Positions 27,960 to 39,600 of a stretch of 64,000 nucleotides of DNA are shown here, piece after piece. Location of the stretch: positions 11,718,001 through 11,782,000 of the forward strand of contig CM102290.1 of the NCBI GenBank assembly GCA_046563655.1, read 5' to 3'. The notes under the pieces are model-generated. The model searched no databases. It was given only the letters and a program-made list of their open reading frames with translations, and was not told where the DNA came from. Source of the DNA: Yuukianura sp. NJ FZ-2021 (lineage: Eukaryota). The translations under genes were made by a program, and so were the position numbers. The first letter of the stretch is position 1, and the number at the start of each line of letters is the position of its first letter.

Positions 27960-27974
27960 AAGGTCATTGACCTT
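27960..27974. promoter_or_regulatory. Perfect IR1 nuclear-receptor palindrome (EcRE consensus)
   Basis: A-AGGTCA-T-TGACCT-T in the divergent MED15/SPHK intergenic region. Confidence 0.5.
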
Positions 27975-29966
27975 GAATCCTTAGTTTAGCATTTAAATTT
28001 TAACAAGCCGTGAATAAAGAGTTGTGCTAAAACAGTCGTAAGTGAAAATTGACGAAATTTTGAGCATTTCGACTCCACAAGGACATAAGTGAACCGTGGA
28101 CTCGGGAGTTTCTGCAAACGACATTGTAAAATCAATTGTTCCTGTAATGCAGTGCCTGCTTGTTTCTAATTTTAGTTTCTTGTGATTAATCTCCACCTAC
28201 TTGACCTTCTTAAGGCATCAATTTGGCAAAACGTGCAAATTCGAGTTACTTTTGGCAACAACATCTAAAGTTCTGGCTATAGACGTGGTGAATCTTCGTC
28301 TTCTAAAACTATGGCTTCACAGGCAAATGGAATTTCAGTAGCAAAATATCGTAAGTCTATGAAATATCGTTTTCAGTTAAAAATTTAGAGTGCACTGATA
28401 GACACGCCATCGTTACGCAAAGTTCAGCTTATTATCATCGTTCATTGTTTCGGGTTCAAGAGTAAAACATCAGTTAAACTTGAATTCACATTGGATCAGG
28501 TAACGCTCTGCGTCCTAGTTGTGGTCTACATGTGTAATTGTTGATTTAATTGTATCTTACATTAGCAAACTTTACTAAAAATCAGAATCTAACGTTTAAA
28601 TATGAAAGTCGTATCGTAATGAAAAAATTTCAAATTGCATGCTACAAACTATTAATGCCTTACACGTATTAAAATTTCCATGATTTCCAAATAAACCATA
28701 ATGATTGCGCTTTGAAAGATAGCGAAGGCTAAATTAATATTTAGAACAATCGGTTTGACGTAATACTTAAATTACATCACACTATACACTTTCTAGTCTA
28801 TAGATTAATATCCAAGAAATTAATTGCGATTAATGTGACCATGGAATAGTCCGAAAATGCTCAAGTTTGTATTTTGCGTTGAATTTTTCTTTGTGAATTC
28901 AAGGTCACTGCAAGTTATAAGGCTTCATGGGCTTCTATTAAATGTCAACCCAATTTCAAATCGATTTCCGATTTTGTGGGAAAAAAAATGTGTTTCTGCT
29001 TCCATATGGCAAAATGTTGTGCCAAAAGTTTCCATGTTTTTACCAAAAACGTGCATACCAAAGTACCAAACACAACACAACCCTACTATAAACGCAACCA
29101 TAATAACATATCCTTCACTTTCTTGAGAACCTTCAAAACAAAATTGGAAGAAACCACATCAGGCAGTCGAATAAACAAAAACAAGTCTCACACAAGATCA
29201 AGTTTTAAGGTTGTTGACTTGCTTACTGATTATTTTAAGAGTTAGGTACTCTTAATCAGCATATCTTGAGGTATTACAGTGCTATACAGTTACCAATAGG
29301 TACTGCAAGTACTTCATATGGTAGGTAGTACAATTACCAAAACGTGTTTTTAGTGTTGTTGGTGAGGCGTTGAGGGTTTGACAATTGACAGGTTTATCAT
29401 TTATGGACTACACTACAGACTACAGGGGCAGGCGCAGGGGTTGCAACGATTCGCCAATTTTTTGCCAATTACCACAGGCGAGAGGATTTCATTGTTTTTA
29501 AGTTGAGCGACAACAATTCGTGCTCTCTGTGAATCGTTGAGTTATTCCGTCACTTGCCCACTATGAAGATCTAAACCTAGAAGACAATCTGATTCCGAAT
29601 TGCTCAAAGTGTCAATTTAAGATCTCTGTCTCTCTGTGCTACCGATTAGTACGATTTCAGTCAATTTTATATCGCTGCTATGTCAATTCTATATCGGTGC
29701 TGCTAAGGACATCGCCAAGGCTTATCAAATTACTTTAGTTTCGTGTCCATTCAAAGTCAAGTTAGTTATCGTTCAACGCACTGTGATTAAAAATATCACA
29801 GTTTAATTATAGTTACTCTCAGTAATGAAATTGTTTCTACTCGGATACACCAAACATCATAGACTTCCGATCTACCGATTATCCTAATTCTTCTGGATCA
29901 AATTACCCAATTTTGACAGCTATTAGCATTGTATAAAAAAACGTGTTTACGAGTTGATCACACAGT

Positions 29967-32089
29967 ATGCTTTGTAGCCACACTCGGAGTCCTGTAATTT
30001 TGGAAGGCGGAAATGGTTTGTTTTAAGAATAATTAATGGAAATTGTCATGCTAATGTTTAATCGTTTATTTGAATATTTCTTACAGGAGTGCAAACAGCA
30101 GATCCCACGGCTTCGCTAACTTCACCGGTCAACGTCGGCCAGTCCCTGCAGCATGCTGGCAGCATTTTCAAGGAAGACACACTCGAATGCTACTCAAGGA
30201 ACAGGACGGCGTATCATCTAGTGCTAACGGATATTGAACTCTACTTCCAGGCTGCAAAGGACCCTGAACAAGTAGAACGATATGCTCTGCGGGACTTATT
30301 CGGAGTGCAGACGTACCGACACAAGAAGAAGAGCAGCGAAGGAAATGGAAAAGTTCTTGGATTTGCAGCAGCTTACTTATGCTTCACATTTTATCCCCGA
30401 ATTAAGCGCGGACTCATGTCGTCCAGTAAGGTCAGGGAGAAGATTCAAGTCGTCTTTCAGATCCAGAAGCCAGGATGTACATTTGAAGAGAATTTGAACG
30501 AGGCTTCGTCTTGGAAAGACACTGCCCTGGCACTTCTCAGATCAAAGTTATCCAAGTGGCAGCTTGACAAACTGTACAAAGAGACGTCAAATGGTGGACG
30601 ACGGCAGGGAGAAGCCACAGACAAGTATTCAGAACCTGACTGGATGTCAAATGAAAAAGGGAGTATTGACGATACCAATGCCAGTACACATGAGTTGGCC
30701 ATTTCCCTCTCCAGCCAATCGCTGCTGCTGAGAAAATTTCTTGTCATCGTTAATCCAAAAAGCGGACAGGGCAAAACTCTTACTATTTTTAAGGTAAAAC
30801 TACAAATATTGTCAAGTTTTTTTGGTAATTGGAACCAATACGTTAACGTTTTATGGTGTTTTAGGAATTTGTCTACCCAATTCTTTGTGAAAGTGGTATC
30901 AAGGTCATCCTGCTGGTTACTACACATGCGGGACATGCCCAAAATCTGGCGTTTTCAAAAGACCTGTCTGAATTTGGAGGAATTGTGACCGTAGGTGGAG
31001 ATGGATTGCTGTATGAAGTTGTAAATGGTCTCCGCTCACGTCCGGATGCTCATACTGTCTCCGACGTAAGATCGATTCTCTATTCAACTGTCAAAATTGT
31101 TATTCCTTTGTTTTTAATACAATTTTTTGTACTATTTTTTATTTAGATTCCAGTTGGCGTAATTGCTGGTGGTTCTGGGAACGGCCTTGCTCGTTCCATT
31201 GCGTCCTACTCCGGAGAGAGCGAAGACTACTTCAAAAATCCAGTGCTCACCACTACGTTAGCCGTAGCTCGAGGTCAAGTACTTGCAGTAAATTTGGTAA
31301 GTTTTTCTAAACCTACTGAATTTTCTAGTATTTCAAAATTTTGACAAATGACTTTTGTAGTTGGAGGTTGACGTTGATACCCGAAGAATCTTCGCGTTTC
31401 TATCCGTTGGCTGGGGAATATTGTCCGACATTGACATAGAAAGGTAAGACAATGTTTTCGTCACTTACTGCTACGTGCAACGCTGAAATTGACATTCTCC
31501 ACTAACCCTCACTGAAATTCATCAATGATTATCCGTGCTTTTTTTGTTACAGTGAAGTCATTCGTCCCATTGGAGAAAGTAGATTTACTCTTTGGTCGCT
31601 TCTGAGGTTGGCCAAGTTGAGGACTTACAATGCCCTGGTCAAGTACTCCGTCAAGTTTGGAGACGCTCCGACAGTGATAGATGGAGACTTTGTGAGTGTC
31701 TATGCATCATGCCAGTCACACATTGGGTCAGACATCATCTTTGCTCCACATGCTACTCCAAATGATGGATACATTCATCTCACAATTGCAAAGGGAGACA
31801 TCGGCAGAGCCCGAGCGGCACAGTTTCTGCTTGGGTTGGCTAAAGGTTAGTTTAGTCAGTGTTCAAAACTAATCAACAGTATTTAATCAAATCAGCTAGC
31901 ATTCTGCTTTAATTTCTTATAGGCACACATATTGATGTTCCTGGAGTAGACTACGTTGTGGTGAAAGAGTTCTCAATTTATTCTGCAGGAGGAATACAAG
32001 GCTACTTGACTTTGGACGGAGAAAGAATTGCTGGTCAAACTGTCACTGCTCGAATCGCTTCCAAACCGCTCAATTGCTTCGCATTGTAG
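29967..32089 (+). CDS. SPHK: Sphingosine kinase (DAGK-type catalytic domain), multi-exon
   Basis: FLVIVNPKSGQGK, VGGDGLLYEVVNGL, IAGGSGNGLA, FLSVGWGILSDIDIESE..R.IGESRFT, FAPHA..NDGYIHL, GYLTLDGE. The start exon 29967-30015 is less certain. Confidence 0.9.
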
Positions 32090-32389
32090 TCTTCTATTAT
32101 TCAGCATTTAGGAGAAGCTTCCGTTCATATGTGCAGGCGTGTTTGTACACAGCGAGGGACGCAACAATTTTAAAGTGAAATAATTTTAAACTGTGTTTTT
32201 AATTTTTTTTAGATCAGTGTAATTTGATACTTATGTAATCTCGCAAAAATAGAAATGACAACTAGTATTAAACAATTATTGAACTATCAAACTTTTCTGC
32301 TTATCTAGAAAATGTCTCTTCGCGTAGTTAATGCCTAGAATTGGAGTCTGTCTGAACCCAATTCAAAAACTTTTCGAAATTGAAACAAG

Positions 32390-32590
32390 AATTGCAGGCA
32401 ATGTGGGAGGAAAACCCAATGGCTTGTCCCACGAACAAGGAGAACCAGGAGCTTTTGATACCAAATGCTGAAGCGTAGGAACAACAAGATGGATGACAAA
32501 GACGCTGGAATGGAATCGCTGACAGTGTGGGAGGAAAACCCAATGGTTTTTCCCACGAAAGCAAAGATGGAAGAAAAGAAGCTGAACAAA
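32390..32590 (+). repeat. ~1.5 tandem copies of the ~125-bp repeat also seen at 14030-14197
   Basis: gtgggaggaaaacccaatgg..t.tcccacgaa occurs at ~32403 and ~32527. Confidence 0.8.
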
Positions 32591-32878
32591 AGACAGAAAA
32601 TATTTTGATGCTATTGTTTATTAATAGAAAATTACTACGATTGTATGTACATTCTAACATGAAATACTAAATAACTACTCATAAACCTACAGCTTCATAA
32701 CGAGCGCACAAATAACTATGTACAGTATACATAAAATAGTAGGAAATACTACGGACAAAAGACTGGCTCAGAAGGAGCATACAAGTGTAAAGTCAGCTAG
32801 TAGTAGAAAAAGTAGAAAACTAGAACGTAGAAAATGGCGAGGCTGAAGATGAAGCGTCCGGAAGGCGGCAGTCGGAGT

Positions 32879-35800
32879 TCAGAGGAAGTGCAGCAGGTTC
32901 TGGAGAGAGGCGTTCGGTGTTGCTCCCAGTGCGATTCCAACCAAGTAGGCGAGCTTGTGGGCGTATTGACACGGTGCAGGGACTGCTACGGTGCCAGACC
33001 AGTTGAAGTAGAGGTGGCACATCTTGTACGTCAGTCGCTGGATCTTGTCGGCATCGAGGCTGGACGTGTCGTGGATGATGGTGTAGGAGCAGGGACTCAC
33101 GGTGCCTTGGCGAGCAGTGGCAGCAACCAGATAGAAGTCGTACCTGCAAAGAAACAGCATCTGATTAGAAAAACTTGTCCAGCACAAGAATCAGTGTTGA
33201 ATTCCTGGAAATAAGCGAAGAACTTACCTGTATGGCAAGGTGACGACTGTGTCTACAACAGTTCCTGGAGGAGGATTCTCGGTTCGGGCGCCGCCAGTGA
33301 AGAGTCGCGTGTTGATTTTCTTGGTAACGATGATGTAGGTGAATTTGGGCTTCTCCTGTCCAGTGGCAGAGTAGAGCGTAGTCAGCGTAGCGATGATTGG
33401 CAGAACTTCCTGCATGTTGACTTGGTACATCTGACCCTCGCCCACTCCATCACGAAACATCACGATTCTGTCCGGAAGGCAGTTGTTCACCGCTTGGTAT
33501 GCTCGGATGGCTTCTGCAAAATAAAAAAAAAGAGTGGACTTTAGAAATATGAAAATCAAAATGAACAACCAGAAAAATTATAGTATTTTTTTTTTCAACT
33601 TACTAGAGACTCCAACGCTGAGGTTGCAGGAAAGCTCGTCTTGAGTGGAGTGGAAAGTGACATCGCTGAAGTAAGAAGCAAAGTTGTTTGACGTTGTTGC
33701 CACCAGAGCTCCAACTGATTTGGAATTCCCTCTTCCACCGTGGTAAACATCGAATCCCATGAACATCGTTTTCTGCAAGAAAAAATATAAATCACAATTA
33801 GGAATCATTCAGTGGAAAAATAATAGTTTAGTCCAGCGGAGTAGTCTCGTACCTTCATTGGAAGCTGGATTGACCAGGGATGGCCGCCGAGCTTCGCGTT
33901 GATTTGAATGACAACCTTCGTGCAAATGGACATCACTTGTTTCCCCTGCATGTTCTTGGCCAAAAAGCATTGCGACGGAACTGGAAATCAAAAAAAGATA
34001 ACCAGAATTAGGTTTTGAAAAAATATTTTAAAGATTCTACTCTAGATTTAAAAAAAGCAACTTACTTCCAAAGTCAACCGAGAGACGTCGCTTGACAATG
34101 GCGTAGAGTTGAGGTTTGTTGTTTGGAAGTACGACGAACATCAGCTGAAGTTTGCCACCATGCTGACGAAAGACTTTTTCCACCGTCTGTGTGTAGGTGA
34201 TGGGCCGCAAGTCGGTGAGCTTGATGATCTCCAGTGGCTGCTTGACGGTCATTCCGAGTGGGGCTGCAACTCTTCCCATCGTCTTAACGACGTTGTCAGC
34301 ATCTCCGAAGTTCATTTGAGGAACGATCATCACCCAGCGTTCGAGGTGGACAGCAGACAGCATCTGACGCTTCCGGAAGGCCATGGACCAGTCTTCTTTG
34401 TCATCAGGATTCTCGGGGCGATCTCCAGCGAAGATGATTCCTTCTCTTGGCAGCACACGGCCCTTCAAAGTGGTCAGAGTGGTGGCAAAGTCCATTTCCC
34501 AGTTGTCCAGCACGACCCGATTCTGCAAAAGAACAAAAAGAAAACACAAATTAATTTCCCAAGTCTTGAACCCAGGTTAGAAAATTAAACCAAAAAGTGA
34601 TAGCTGCATGCTTACCTCTGGATTGGTGGTGAGTCGCTTGATGAACTGCGTCAATGTGCTCACTCTTTCGGCTGCTCCTGCATGAAGATGTTTGCCCAAG
34701 TCCTTCATCAGCGTAAAGTTGGCTCGCATGGCATCGGTGAGTCCAGTCATCTGACAAGTCTCCGGAAGCAAGTGGATGGTCGTCGGGGTGTCGAAGTTTC
34801 CTCGGTGGAAATCCTTGTTGCGTGGCTCCACGACGAGAAGTGGTTGATCCATGTCCTTGATGGTCACCGAGTGACGTGCTTGGTAGAAGTCGGCGTACGT
34901 CGTCTGGACTCCTTTGTGGTCGAACGTTGACTTTGGGCTGAGGTCCCAAGCGATGTCCGTGATCTTGTACGTCTTCTTGTTGTAGCTAGTCATCACGATG
35001 GCGTTGAGCAGCTCGTCCGTGGCTGTCGCTCGAAAGTCCCGGGAGTTCTTCCAGCCGTTGATCTGCGAAAGGACGTTGTCCAGACGAAGGACCTTGTGAG
35101 TGACTTCAGCGCAGAGCAGCGTCTCCTTCTCGTGTCTTCGGATTGACGTGGCGAATCCAGGCCACAACTCCAGACGATGACTCGGGATCTTGACGGCAGC
35201 TCCGCTGTCGAAGAAGTTTCTGCCCATCAGCTCGAACTTGAGTCCGTAGAGACATTTCCGCAAGACGAGGTTGAAGAAGGATAGGTACATCGTGTCTTCG
35301 GGCAGCAGTGTTCCAGCCAGTCGAATTCGAATCTGCACTGGACTGTCGTCTTCCTTCCGTAGAGTCACCAGCTCCAGATCTCCATGTTGACAAAGCTCCC
35401 GTTGAGAGTAGAGCGCAGTTCCATCGAAGATGTAGCTCCCGAGTGTCTCCGCGTGGCGTGCGATGAAGGCCTTGGCATGACGAACGTTGTCTTCGTGTGG
35501 AGTCATCTCGACAGAGTACTGGTAGAGGGCCCAGGTTGGCCGCTTGACAACCGTGAAGTAGTTGGCCAGAAGCTGGATGGCAGTTCCGGAAGTTCCTTCC
35601 TTGCCCAGCATCTGCGGTGGCTTGAGGTCTTCTTCTGGCTGCATGACGTAGCGGTGTCCTCCTCGAAGAGTTCCTCGGCGTCCGATTGGTCGACTAGGCG
35701 ATGTGTCCTTGCCTTCAAACCGAAGTTGGGACTGCAGCTCATCTCCCAGCATGAGTCCTCGCATTTTGTCCAAGAAGGAGGTGGATGCTTCTGGGCTGGT

Positions 35801-35950
35801 GGGGCTGTCCAGTCCTCCAGGAAGTCCGTCGGGGTCATCCTTCGAGCGTCCAATCATGCGTCGTCCTCTTCCTCGTGCCCTCATCGGTAGCTTTGGAGAT
35901 CCAACCTTTCCTCCGCGGTACTCCGACGAGAAGGTCTCCTGTTCATCCAT
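32879..35950 (-). CDS. piwi: PIWI-clade Argonaute (Piwi/Aubergine-like), ~879 aa, 6 exons
   Basis: Exons 35950-34616, 34522-34066, 33980-33853, 33772-33604, 33513-33228, 33143-32879 total 2640 nt in frame. N-terminal RARGRGR; GTSG..LLANYF; LELWPGFATSI; PAZ (YNKKTYKITDIAWD..P.STF); TGLTDAMRANF.LMK; GFDVYH, QDEL, FRDGVGEG, CQYAHKLA; ends LHFL. Confidence 0.95.
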
Positions 35951-36161
35951 GGCTGCAGTCGGTGGTTGAAGTCTCCGCTGAGTGTTGAGGTTGTCTTCTT
36001 GTGGTCGAAGTCTCCGCTGTGGTCTTGGTCCTCTGCTGGAGTCGAGTGGAGTTTGGCAGAGTCTTCTTCGGTGATAGTAGTAGTAGTTGTAGTCTCCGCT
36101 GTGTGGTGGGTCTCCGGTGGGGCTTCCTTCCTTCGGTGGGTTGGTTGGAGAGAGTCTTCCT

Positions 36162-36300
36162 GGAGCTCCTTCTTCCTCGAAGTCTGGCGATGGAATGAAG
36201 TCTTCTCCTGGTTTCACCAAGAATGAAACCTCGGTTCCTTTGTTCTTCTTTGTTCTGCTCTCGACCAATCAGAGTAAAGGAATTTCCCCTTTCCTTTGTT
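36162..36300 (-). promoter_or_regulatory. Putative PIWI core/proximal promoter
   Basis: Inr-like TCATTC at 36198-36193. AACCGAGGTTTC at 36236-36225. GAAGGAGCTCC at 36172-36162. CCAATCA at 36265. AACAAAG on the minus strand three times (36238, 36248, 36294). Similar to 47816-47985. Confidence 0.65.
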
Positions 36301-36385
36301 CGCAGGGGCAGGTAGATGGACTTTGCCCTCCACGCATCCCTTTCGTGATCCCCAAGGTGAATTCAATGTCAAACGACCCTAGTTT

Positions 36386-36527
36386 CCCCCAGCAACCGAA
36401 TTTGACGGTCACTTGAAGGTCAAAGGACGGTGGCGTCCCCAGCAACCGAATTTGACGGTCATTCGAAGGTCAAAGGACGCTGGCGGCCCCCAGCAACCGA
36501 ATTTGACGGTCATTTGAAGGTCAAAGG
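36386..36527. repeat. Three tandem copies of a 50-51-bp unit upstream of PIWI
   Basis: ccccagcaaccgaatttgacggtca.t.gaaggtcaaagg; AGCAACC starts at 36391, 36441 and 36492. Confidence 0.92.
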
Positions 36528-36648
36528 CTAAAATATATTGTATTACATATTCTATATCATATTACATATTATATTATATTACAATAAATTGCATATGCTA
36601 AAATGCGAAAACGTGAATCATAAATAATAAAAAAAAAAATAAAATGAA

Positions 36649-36663
36649 GGCGGGAAATTTAAA
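36649..36663 (+). promoter_or_regulatory. E2F + CHR-like (DREAM-type) site upstream of PIWI
   Basis: GGCGGGAAATTTAAA. Confidence 0.45.
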
Positions 36664-39600
36664 TTCAATTTGCAACATGTAGTCATTTTCGGTCCAACTG
36701 CTCACACAAGTCAAAATGTCAATTAAATTCAACCAGATTTCTTCTACAACGACTTTCTAACTAAATTGTTTTGTAAAAGGTATTAGGACTAACTATAGCT
36801 AGCCAGCATTTTCAATTAAAACTTTTTTTTAAAACTTACATTTAAAACTTAAAGCTAAAATTCAACCCTTATTAGCTAATTTCTATGATCAAGAAATTTA
36901 CAAAGAACCAAAACCAATATCTCAAGCGAGGGGACATCTAAATTGGAATTCTGCGTCAAGGACTGTAGACACACAAAATTCGGTGACGACTCATGATAAT
37001 TGTTCTAAAACGTGAATCGTAGTTCGTAGAGTCGTAGACTTCTAGCATAGCGACACTTGCGCGTTAATAATAGGATTGACTTTTTAAAATTCAACCACCG
37101 ATCCATACTAAACATCATTACATCGTTATCGTTGTACTCTAAAACGTCAAGTAGGTTAGGCCATACCGGTGTAATCTAGGTCAACGTCAAAGCATCACAC
37201 ATCAACTATTATAATACTTATTCCTTCAATAACTAAATTTAAGTAACACCGCATTAAGTATTACGCATTAGCCGACTTCGCAAATTTCTGTGTGACCTTT
37301 GACCCGCACCCTTGACATCGGACGATTCAGAGCTGAATCTACATAGTAATGGAAGAAAATGACGAAAAAGTTACACCTCCCCAGCGTTTCCGCATGGCAA
37401 ATGGCCGTTGAAGGCTTCATGGTTTTTAGGTTTATTAGTGTTTTAATCTAGAGTTGCAGCGATCTGTTGTAAGAACTTGGAGAGCGGAGCAGACTGGTGT
37501 GGACGAGGTGAGCGTAACCAGCGTAAACTGCCTTCCAGTCCTCCAGTGCCTTCTGCTGAAGTCAGTTTCTAAAATAGACCAAAGGACATTAGACTCTGAA
37601 GTGATTAGAAGAAGTAGTGCGTGGAGGGGAGGTCCAGATGCTGCCAAGTTAACAGCGGGGAGTAATTAGTCAACTAATCAAGGATTAAGTGGGCACGACA
37701 GCTGTAGAGCCTCTTAGCAACTGACACACCTCCATTGCAGTCCTAAGATGTCTCCCTGTGACCTCCATGGATTGGACACACTGGACGGAACAAACCTAAA
37801 CAGTGCTCAAAGTGTTCAGGATGCTCAGTTTGTACTACTTGGACAGCCAGAAGGAATTCCATGACATCCTGGACATTTTGAATGTTCATAATGCCGAATT
37901 GGATGCTTCCAGAACTTGGCCGGACAAATTTTCCAGTCTGGATGACATCAATTCCAAAAAGTTTTCTTTGTTGACAAACAATTCCTTGGATCATCCCCTG
38001 CTCTGAACCAACCCCCGCCAAAAACAAAGATGTGCGTAGTACGCGCATGGTAAACAAGCTCAAGTGTAACCAAAAGTCACTCCAGATCAGTTCAAAGGTC
38101 AATTTAGCATCAGAAAAGCTGGAGAGTTATGAAAAAGCCCACCAATTTAAAACAAAGCTGCTCCAATTGTAGTAAAAGTATACTGTTGGATTCAGCCCCA
38201 TTTTAAAAGTGACTTTGGCATGTACTCAAAATTTGTCTAAAGAGGATGGACCACTTCTGGTTTGTCTTTTTTGAAAACAATGGTTCGTTTTCTAGAAAAC
38301 AAAACAAAAGAAAGTTCAGTCCAGTTTTGAAAACCAAAACCAAACAGCGTCACTTTTCATTTCCATTCATTCCCAAAATAAACCAAAACTTTTCCGTTTA
38401 CTTTCGCAACTGGCCAAATTTCAAACTTCAAAACGGCTTCTTTCCAACTAATTCTACCAAATTTTGATTCTGTTCTGAAAAAAGAACGAAGAAATGTAAT
38501 GATAATATGAAATTTGAAAGCATCGTAAGAATCGAAACATTTATAGCTGCTTTTAAACCAACGTTGGACCTAAACTTGATAAGGTCGCACTTTGCCCCTA
38601 CCAAATCCCATTTCCCAATTGAAAAAAAAATGACGTCTCTGGTAATTTTTGTTTTTGAATTTGGAAGAAACCCGTATGAACTCGGAATCGATTCCTGAAA
38701 AGTCCAGTTTCCTTGACGACTTCCATGGATCCACGGTAATCTCGAACTAAGGTTCATAATTACTTTTGCGTTTCTCATTAGAAAGACAATTCATAGTAAC
38801 AATGTTATTGTTTCCACAGAAAATGCTTCAAAAGATTTGCTACTTGTATGAATTTCAACGGGATGACCCATATTTCAGGTCAACTTGAATATGAAACTTC
38901 CATAGAAAACAAAAACACTTCAATATTTCCTTAGTTACAAGTGACACCTCCTCCAGCCCAAATAGATTTCGTAATCTACTGCCACCATTAGGAATGCTTC
39001 CAAGCATTCTAAATTAATAGTCGTGTGGGATTTTCCAATTTTGTTCACGTTTTACGTCACCAAGCTAATACTTGGAAAATCCGCCCAAGGATCCACCCAC
39101 GACATACTGTGTTTGGCACACACACCTTCCTGTCATGTCACTTGAACTTCAATTTCTCGTTTTTGCTATGCAGAAATAGTTTTCGGGGAATCTAAATTGA
39201 AAAATGGGAAGGTCAAAAGTATATCATAGGTCGAAGGTCAAACGTAAACTGCGCGTCAGGTCACCGGAGATACGAATCCTGAATGATCGAAATACGATAT
39301 CTGTTCCGGGCTGATGATTGAGTTACAGGACGATGCGAAACCTGATGCACCTTCTTGTTTTTTGTGTCATGGACATCCGAATTCAAGCGTTATTCTCCTG
39401 CCAGAGTCCTGGCAGATGCAAAATTTTGTGCATGACTCACAATATTCACATAGCGCTTGGTTAGTAAAAAGACGCTGATGGAATTGGCTGGGGCCCAATT
39501 CATTGTTGTCCTTCCAGACGGCCTGGTCACGTCCATCTCAGCGGACGGCGACATTTCTGGAAGGAAAGCAAAAAATTGGCCATTACTAGTCGTTAGTTGT

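Noticed and set aside
32515..32590. Hammerhead-ribozyme-like layout (CUGA..stem..GAAA) in the 125-bp repeat
   Set aside because: The core reads CUGACAGU rather than CUGANGA, there is no valid NUH site or convincing stems I/III, and other copies have GAAC.
35951..36268. N-terminal extension of the PIWI ORF to a TTG start
   Set aside because: There is no ATG upstream of 35950 in this frame, and the extension runs through the putative Inr/promoter. It is more likely 5'UTR.
34109..36416. Many long antisense and alternative-frame ORFs over PIWI (also over the NHL gene)
   Set aside because: Expected from GC-rich codon usage; none has recognisable motifs.
37349..38102. Possible small gene (ORFs 37454, 37803 and 37743)
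   Set aside because: I could not join the exon-like pieces into a stop-free frame and recognised no homology. A pseudogene or short gene is not excluded.
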